From: Bdellovibrionaceae bacterium UBA1609
GTDB taxonomy: Bacteria; Bdellovibrionota; Bdellovibrionia; Bdellovibrionales; UBA1609
NCBI GenBank assembly: GCA_002321895.1
Contig: DCMZ01000017.1
Span: forward strand, 130,220-194,219
Length of the DNA stretch: 64,000 nt
Direction of reading: 5' to 3'
Under the pieces are notes generated by a model. The model searched no databases, was not told the DNA's origin, and worked only from the letters and a program-made list of their open reading frames with translations. Made by a program: the position numbers and the translations under genes. How positions within the stretch are numbered: the first letter of the stretch is position 1; every line of letters starts with the position of its first letter. Of the stretch, positions 58,057 to 64,000 are shown piece after piece.

Positions 58057-58830
58057 TTAAATCGGAACGTAGTTTTCCTTAACCCATGAATGAGTTCGCT
58101 CAGCCAAATCACCACAATCAAATTGTGGCTCTGGTTGAATCTGCCCCACTCCCGAAATCTGCACACTCACTCGTCCTAAAGAACAAAACCGCCAGAGATG
58201 CGGCAGAAAGCTCATATCTCCATACCAGAACAAAGAGTCACGATTCCTTTTTGTTACCGGCTCATCATTGACAGATAAATAATTTATACACAACGCCTGA
58301 GTGGGTCTCCCACTCAGCAATGAAGCGTTATATAGAGGCCTCCTAAATCTAAGGACGGATTCCCCATTTGTAGAAGTGGCCTCAGGAAAAATAGTTACAT
58401 TTATATTTCTACTCAGAGCTTCGGTGATCTCTTGAATCTCTTGCCCTAGAAACTCTCGGCTTCGCCGCTCCACAAACAAACAACCACCCATACGACACAT
58501 CTGCCCCAAAAAGGGAGTTTTTTCTACCTCTCGGGAAGTCACAAAGGCGGTCGGCCACTGTCCTGCCAAAACGAGAATATCAATGTAGGAAAGATGATTG
58601 CACACTATTAGCTGAGAATTTGTTTCTGTCAGGGTTTCTCCGGACCAAGACACTTCCACATTCATAACAGCTAGCCCTAGCCGACTATAGAAAGAAATAA
58701 GATGAGTTCTCACTTCTCTCAACTTCCAAGTGTCCCAAACCAATAACCCTACAACAAAGGAGGTTAATAAGTACGCCAATATAAGAACAAAAACGGTGGT
58801 TATCTTAACCAAGGTCAAAATAAAGTTCAC
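58057..58830 (-). CDS. lysophospholipid/lyso-ornithine-lipid O-acyltransferase (PlsC/OlsA-like)
   Basis: N-terminal TM. HX4D motif NHLSYID and FPEATSTNG. Confidence 0.7.
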   Translation of the reverse strand: MNFILTLVKITTVFVLILAYLLTSFVVGLLVWDTWKLREVRTHLISFYSRLGLAVMNVEVSWSGETLTETNSQLIVCNHLSYIDILVLAGQWPTAFVTSREVEKTPFLGQMCRMGGCLFVERRSREFLGQEIQEITEALSRNINVTIFPEATSTNGESVLRFRRPLYNASLLSGRPTQALCINYLSVNDEPVTKRNRDSLFWYGDMSFLPHLWRFCSLGRVSVQISGVGQIQPEPQFDCGDLAERTHSWVKENYVPI

Positions 58831-59657
58831 TAGAGGTACCGCTTTCTGTATTTCTCAGCAATGGTATTCATATCCAGTAGAGTTAAGAAATCCGTACATC
58901 TAAACTCTCTATCATATGCGCCTTGCGCACCAATCATAGCTCCAGCAGCAATATAAGACTGCATCAACGATGGTACATGTGAACTCATATCGTTCATATC
59001 GAAGGGCTCAAACCGTGAATCTTTAGGCTTAAACTGAAATTTCCGTCTTGCAGTTATATCCCATGGAGCGATTCGACCTTGAGCTCGATAAAACTCAGTG
59101 ATGGCTTCAGCTATAATTTTGTTTGTGGTCTTAACCGAAGAGCACCCGAACATAAAGCGAGCATCTACTAAGTTGGAATAACGGCCAAGACCTTTCCAAA
59201 CCAAATTGATCGATGCACCCGTTCTGTAATCTGGATGTATACAAGCTCGGCCTAACTCTAATTTTGTACCAAATGTATCAAAAAACTCAGACATATGAAA
59301 TTCGGTTTCGGAGTAAAACTCATCCGTAAACAATGAACACATCATGCGATAGGTACCGATGGTTACATTGGTACTCGTGTCCTTAACTAAGATATGATCG
59401 CCTAGCAAATCAAATTTATCAAAATCAACTCCACCAAAACGTTGCTCACCCAATCCTTCTTCAATAAATACCAAATGCCTTAGCTCAAGAACCTCTCGAA
59501 TTTCATCTTCCGTTTGAGCTGTTTTAATAATGTACTTAGATACTTTGTCTTCGAACTTCACTTTAGGATCAAACTTGGTGATCTTATAGTTGAGTAACGA
59601 ATGTCTAAGATTGTGCCATTTCTCTATGGGTTTCGTTGCAACTGATTTCAATAACAT
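58830..59657 (-). CDS. GNAT-type N-acyltransferase (OlsB-like, Acetyltransf_5/hemolysin-like family)
   Basis: ~270 aa. [23 protein letters not shown]...DFDKFD..DHILV fits the remembered OlsB-type family. The stop and start are coupled with the PlsC-like gene. Confidence 0.6.
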   Translation of the reverse strand: MLLKSVATKPIEKWHNLRHSLLNYKITKFDPKVKFEDKVSKYIIKTAQTEDEIREVLELRHLVFIEEGLGEQRFGGVDFDKFDLLGDHILVKDTSTNVTIGTYRMMCSLFTDEFYSETEFHMSEFFDTFGTKLELGRACIHPDYRTGASINLVWKGLGRYSNLVDARFMFGCSSVKTTNKIIAEAITEFYRAQGRIAPWDITARRKFQFKPKDSRFEPFDMNDMSSHVPSLMQSYIAAGAMIGAQGAYDREFRCTDFLTLLDMNTIAEKYRKRYL

Positions 59658-60354
59658 TTCCCACTCCTTGGTAATTAAAAAACTGGAAATCCAGGTTTTG
59701 GTTTTTAACTTGTTCTAAAACAGCACCGACGCTGGTTGCATCCTTCAACACAGTCTTCCAAGAAGACATCTGTCGGCGCTTATGCAGGTCACTGTTTGCA
59801 AGTACCGGCAATTGCGTTTCTGCCACCTCGGTAAAAATATGCTGACCACTGGCTATTTCCCAAGCGTCAAACATATCATAGAGTTGATGGCGGTGATTCC
59901 ACAAATAATACGTTTGCGGTTCGACTTTACGTGTAGAAACAGGGTGCGCTGCAACAGTCACTCCTCCTAGCTCACGTATTGCTTTACAAACTCTCTCTAT
60001 GGACAAATTTGGATTTATATATTGATCAACTCCCAAACCTAAAATGTGAGCCGAGTCCTCATGCCTAAATGAATTCTTAGTAATTTCAACTCCAGGAATG
60101 ACTACCATATTATAGAGGCGCCATGCTCTCTCAGCCTGTTGTCGAATTTCCTCTATATAAAAAGGGAAGGTATCTCTTGTGAGAGTTTTATCGAGGGCTT
60201 TCGCTGTAAAACCTAATAACCCATCTGTTTCACAGAGATGATCTGTAATTGCAATGGCTCCGAACCCATTCAGTCCGTACAAATCAACCAGCTCGGGAAT
60301 ACTTAATTCACCGTCGCTGTAAGTCGAATGGATGTGAAAATCACATAACGGCAT
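59605..60354 (-). CDS. PHP-domain metal-dependent phosphoesterase
   Basis: N-terminal [15 protein letters not shown], later ITDH and AAHP motifs. Confidence 0.8.
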   Translation of the reverse strand: MPLCDFHIHSTYSDGELSIPELVDLYGLNGFGAIAITDHLCETDGLLGFTAKALDKTLTRDTFPFYIEEIRQQAERAWRLYNMVVIPGVEITKNSFRHEDSAHILGLGVDQYINPNLSIERVCKAIRELGGVTVAAHPVSTRKVEPQTYYLWNHRHQLYDMFDAWEIASGQHIFTEVAETQLPVLANSDLHKRRQMSSWKTVLKDATSVGAVLEQVKNQNLDFQFFNYQGVGNVIEISCNETHREMAQS

Positions 60355-60525
60355 ACTTACAAGCTAATAAACAATCGTTAGTAGGAAGTTAGAGATACAG
60401 TAGGTTTCCGCTAGTAATGAGGCTTTCAGCCCCTTGCTATCAAGAAATTTAGAATGAACTGAAAAAGCAAATATTATGTTACTGCTGACACGGGCAAACA
60501 TGAACGGGAATAGAATTAAGGGAAT

Positions 60526-61320
60526 TCAAAAAGAGTTTGTCTTCCGACTCAACTTAATCTTACCCATGCGATTTTTATAACTGAACTGACTATAGAAATA
60601 CTTAATTCGAAAAATATCCCAAGTCATTTTCAAGCCATCAACCAACAATCTTACTGTGGACGAGCTCATCGTACGAATTGTAACCGGAACAGATTTAATC
60701 CGCATTTTAAAAAGCATAGCTTTAAAGAGGATCTCAATATCGAAAGCGAACCCTTTGCATAAAATATCTTTAAAAAGAAAGTGTGCGGCCTCAACATTAA
60801 AAGCCTTCAAACCACACTGGCAATCGATTTGATCTAACTTAAGAATAAAGTTTGAGAAGAATTTAAAAATTTGGCTAAGTTTCGCTCTTAAAGGGGAGAT
60901 TTTATTAAAATAACTTAAATTATCATACCTGGAACCTACCACAAGATCAGCTTTGTCAGCATCTACTGCCTCCACCATCTCCTCAATCTCTGAAAAGAAA
61001 AAAGGCACATCGTTATCAATGGTGACAATAACTTTTGAAAACGAATTCAAGACTCCTGTTACCAGAGCGCCACCCTTCCCCTGATTTACACTATGTACTA
61101 TCACTCTACAGTTATACTTTTCTGCCACCTCTTTTACGGCACTATCTCGACTTCCATCATCCACAACAACTATTTCAAATGAATACTTTGATTGGTTGGT
61201 ATGGTAAACGAGATATTCTAGACCACACTCTAGTACTTCAGCATGATTGTAAGCTGGAATTACAATAGTCGCTTGAAAGGGGGATCCATTTTTATCTTTA
61301 TTTATCTCGGTAAGTTCCAT
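60526..61320 (-). CDS. family-2 glycosyltransferase
   Basis: TIVIPAYNHAEVL...IVVVDDGSRDS...TIDNDV (DxD). Confidence 0.85.
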   Translation of the reverse strand: MELTEINKDKNGSPFQATIVIPAYNHAEVLECGLEYLVYHTNQSKYSFEIVVVDDGSRDSAVKEVAEKYNCRVIVHSVNQGKGGALVTGVLNSFSKVIVTIDNDVPFFFSEIEEMVEAVDADKADLVVGSRYDNLSYFNKISPLRAKLSQIFKFFSNFILKLDQIDCQCGLKAFNVEAAHFLFKDILCKGFAFDIEILFKAMLFKMRIKSVPVTIRTMSSSTVRLLVDGLKMTWDIFRIKYFYSQFSYKNRMGKIKLSRKTNSF

Positions 61321-61329
61321 AAAAAGCCT

Positions 61330-63258
61330 TTAAACATCCTCAAATTGTAGTTCTGGGATATATTTCTTTGGCAACTGATTCACCTTTGAAAGGACTTCGT
61401 CGAAGGAAAGACCAATAGCTTGGCAAAAATAAGAAATACTATCAAATTTTGGAACATTGTCCTCTGCGACCAACTTAAGAGCTGTAGGTCGATCAATAAG
61501 GCCCTCTCTAATCTGGTTAGATCGAAACACATCAAACTCACTAAAGCCAGTCATTGTGTAATACAAATAATTATTAAACGCTGTTTGACCATCACCCATG
61601 CGCCATTGATTAGTTCCAAATTTTGCATCTGACTCCCAATCTAAATTTTCCCTAAGCACCTTTTCAATATGATTTTCCTCCCATGGCAAATAATGGAAAA
61701 GATAGAGGAAGTTAGATTTCTGTAGAAAACTAAGAACAAATGACCTTAAACTTTCATATAATGATTCGTTGAGATAACCGGGATTAAGCAAATACTGGAG
61801 CATGTAGCTCGTAGCCAATTTTACCTTGGTACTCATGGGGTGGTAGTAGAAATCATGATTATTTCGAACCGGAGGCTGCTTAACTCCAGCAAATCCAATC
61901 ATAAACTCTCTTTGCTCCAATTGATACCCAGAACACAAAACTGTGAGGTCAATATTGCGCTCTTTGCGTAGCTTTCTTCCGTAAAGATAAAATTCTTTGT
62001 CTCCAGCCTGAAATAGAGGAATCATCCCCAGGTGTGGTCTTTTAAACCAAGCTTCTACGTTTTTACGCACATAACTTCGCTTACGAATTATATCAGGGGC
62101 TCGAATAATATGCTCCACACCTAACTTTCCACATACCAGAGCCTGGTTTCTTCGAGAGATATCGGTCGTTAACCCCCAATCGAACGTGTAAGCGATAGGA
62201 TTCATTCCGTATTTCTCTTTAAGGACATACAACCCGTAACAGCTGTCCCGGCCACCACTTAGGCCAACAATACAATCGGGACTCCCATCGCTACTCCGAA
62301 ACTGATCCAAATATTCCAGTAGTTTTTCTTCACCATGCACCTTTTGCTTAAGATAGTGATTACAGTAGTTACACACCCCTTCATCATCGAACTCTATATA
62401 AGGATACGTTTCCGGCAAGATACACTTCTTGCACTTTTTTAAGTGTTCAGAGCTAAAATGAGCTAAAACGGTTTTTCCATGATCTTGACTAGATTCTAAG
62501 AGCGTTTTCGTCTCTAACTGAGTAAAACTAAATTTTCTTGCTCCGCCATGGGATAGGTCAAACACCACTCCCTCTTTAGGCGGAACGGAATGAACCAAAG
62601 CGCCGTCTCCAAGCAGCTCGTTCAAAAACTTTTCTTCAGAAGCAAAATAAAATAAGCGATCGTTTGTTTGAGTGAAAAACAGTGAGCCCGTATTCGTACC
62701 AAGTGCCAACTGCGTAGAATCATTAGGAACAATACATATCGAGGCACTTCCCTTTATAGCCTTAAAAGTATTTCTTACTGCGAAATCTAAACTTTCGACT
62801 TCCAGCCGTTCAGCTAAAGCATCAAAGAAGGAAAAGCTATCATTTTTAAACTCTTCTGTATGGCTATGCCATTCATCCGAAGAAGTTCTCTCTCCATTTA
62901 CTTCCGTAATAATGCCATTTAGCAGACCGGTAAAATTCTTGCTCACTATGGGTTGATTAAACTTATTGTCTGCCGGGGATCCCGCCGTCGGCAATCGGCA
63001 TTGCCCGATAACAGCCTTGATCTCCCCATCAAATTTTCCCTCTTCAAAAAAGCTCCAAAACTCATCATACTCATAACTCTTAACGAACTTCTTAGGGACT
63101 TCAAATTTTTTAAGTAAATAGTGTTTTTTAGAAGTAACGACAGCTAGACCGGCAGATGTATTACCTCTCTCCGAAGACAGCTCGAATAACCTTGTGATAT
63201 TCTCTCTTGTTTCCTCAATCGAGCTAGCCCCACCAATTTGACCAAATATCCCACACAT
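61330..63258 (-). CDS. fusion of class-II (Ntn) glutamine amidotransferase domain with PP-loop N-acetyl-sugar amidotransferase (WbpG/TIGR03573-like)
   Basis: The N-terminus MCGIFG has the Cys2 nucleophile. Mid-protein there is a Cys4 knuckle CKKCILPETYPYIEFDDEGVCNYCNHY followed by the PP-loop GLSGGRDS. Confidence 0.7.
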   Translation of the reverse strand: MCGIFGQIGGASSIEETRENITRLFELSSERGNTSAGLAVVTSKKHYLLKKFEVPKKFVKSYEYDEFWSFFEEGKFDGEIKAVIGQCRLPTAGSPADNKFNQPIVSKNFTGLLNGIITEVNGERTSSDEWHSHTEEFKNDSFSFFDALAERLEVESLDFAVRNTFKAIKGSASICIVPNDSTQLALGTNTGSLFFTQTNDRLFYFASEEKFLNELLGDGALVHSVPPKEGVVFDLSHGGARKFSFTQLETKTLLESSQDHGKTVLAHFSSEHLKKCKKCILPETYPYIEFDDEGVCNYCNHYLKQKVHGEEKLLEYLDQFRSSDGSPDCIVGLSGGRDSCYGLYVLKEKYGMNPIAYTFDWGLTTDISRRNQALVCGKLGVEHIIRAPDIIRKRSYVRKNVEAWFKRPHLGMIPLFQAGDKEFYLYGRKLRKERNIDLTVLCSGYQLEQREFMIGFAGVKQPPVRNNHDFYYHPMSTKVKLATSYMLQYLLNPGYLNESLYESLRSFVLSFLQKSNFLYLFHYLPWEENHIEKVLRENLDWESDAKFGTNQWRMGDGQTAFNNYLYYTMTGFSEFDVFRSNQIREGLIDRPTALKLVAEDNVPKFDSISYFCQAIGLSFDEVLSKVNQLPKKYIPELQFEDV

Positions 63259-63261
63259 GAC

Positions 63262-64000
63262 CTAACTCCGAGAGCTTTCTATATTGCTTCCCTGAATCTG
63301 GAAATAATTAACAATATGATTCTTCATTTCCGACAATTGCATGTGCTCAGGCAAATCTATACCTCGAGCGATAGCTACACCTTTGGGCGTATGACTACCC
63401 GTCTCAACACCAAAATTATAGTAGTATTTTTTAAATGGAAGTTGCCGAGCACCGAAACTGATATTCTCATTTGGATCTATTTTTGCGTGACTGGCTAATC
63501 TAAAAAATAGTCGATTCCCTTTATATTCTTTAATCACAAACGCAGCCTCCGTATTCAACTTGGCTGAAGTTAAAATCTCAATGGCTTTTTGCTGCTCCTT
63601 TTTACTATCAAAAACCAATGTTTGTTCCGCTGTCATATGAGGATAAATTTCTAAAGGGAAAATTCCGAGATCAGCCAAAAAAGCTCTCGGGTCCAAAAGT
63701 TTATAAACGTAATTATTTGTGCCAGCGCTTTTATGATGCACTTGCGACATTCCATTTAATAAAACGGTGGCTGAGCTTTCGCTATCCGAATCCAGAATGA
63801 CGCCAATAATTCTATCTAGCCAAAAAAATCCTTCTTTCCAAATTGGGTCTGATTCGACTTTAGAAAGATCCGCCAAATAGTTATGCTGCAAATGGGCCAT
63901 CAGATGAATACAAATAATATTGAGTTTACAAGAATGACTTTTTGAATATCGCTTCCATATCCGTGCCCCTACCAACTCTAAATATCCGGCAGCGACAAAC
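63262..64000 (-). CDS. hypothetical protein (N-terminus outside window), weak alkaline-phosphatase-superfamily resemblance
   Basis: The frame stays open beyond the TTG at 63975 to the window edge (…FVAAGYLELVGARIW…). The C-terminal GSHTPKGVAIARG resembles nucleotide pyrophosphatase/AP-type enzymes, but only weakly. Confidence 0.4.
   Translation of the reverse strand, partial: FVAAGYLELVGARIWKRYSKSHSCKLNIICIHLMAHLQHNYLADLSKVESDPIWKEGFFWLDRIIGVILDSDSESSATVLLNGMSQVHHKSAGTNNYVYKLLDPRAFLADLGIFPLEIYPHMTAEQTLVFDSKKEQQKAIEILTSAKLNTEAAFVIKEYKGNRLFFRLASHAKIDPNENISFGARQLPFKKYYYNFGVETGSHTPKGVAIARGIDLPEHMQLSEMKNHIVNYFQIQGSNIESSRS

Noticed and set aside
1-64000. Search for CRISPR arrays, tRNA/rRNA genes, transposases or integrases, and prophage or toxin-antitoxin modules
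   Set aside because: I saw no regularly spaced direct repeats, no cloverleaf-like sequences in the intergenic regions (all under 520 nt), and no recombinase-like ORFs. This rests on reading by eye, and a tRNAscan/Infernal/ISfinder run would be the definitive check.

Overview
The window is about 40-43% GC by eye, gene-dense and bacterial. Its content suggests a Bdellovibrionota/Bacteriovoracia-type predator: a TIGR02147-like HTH protein, many secreted, lipoprotein and coiled-coil proteins, several PilZ/MCP/FHA signalling proteins, and the prs-ctc-pth-ychF gene order. This taxonomic call is an inference only. I found no rRNA, tRNA, CRISPR array or transposase.

The housekeeping core comprises rph-rdgB, prs-rplY-pth-ychF, radA, a yihY-like gene, glpK, hutI, an Slt-type lytic transglycosylase, an AmiC-type amidase, and an Opp/Dpp-type ABC importer (substrate-binding protein plus two permeases, no ATPases).

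Accessory and unusual content:
1. A minus-strand operon at 15110-21609 encodes a MotB/OmpA-like protein with a ~350-aa coiled-coil insert, a MotA/ExbB-like channel protein, and a 1271-aa FHA-domain giant coiled-coil protein with a C-terminal membrane anchor. It sits downstream of a dCache-type MCP and a sigma-28-like promoter. This is my top candidate for an undescribed ion-driven envelope system.
2. A six-gene plus-strand glycan/lipid-modification operon at 4921-11855 (SGNH hydrolase, GT2, radical SAM, ALDH, ATP-grasp, methyltransferase), followed by an ECF sigma/NrsF pair.
3. A PHP - OlsB-like - OlsA-like - arginase operon, which couples ornithine supply to ornithine-lipid synthesis.
4. A fusion of a class-II glutamine amidotransferase with a PP-loop N-acetyl-sugar amidotransferase, next to a GT2.
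5. An ArsR operon with a perfect 9-2-9 palindromic operator and a C-terminal Cys-Cys sensor motif.
6. A perfect sigma-54 promoter followed by a C8 tract and a terminator-like hairpin with a T8 run.
7. A 140-nt near-perfect hairpin element after ychF.
8. An orphan Flp-type pilin.

All functional calls rest on motifs read by eye from the ORF translations. No database search was run.
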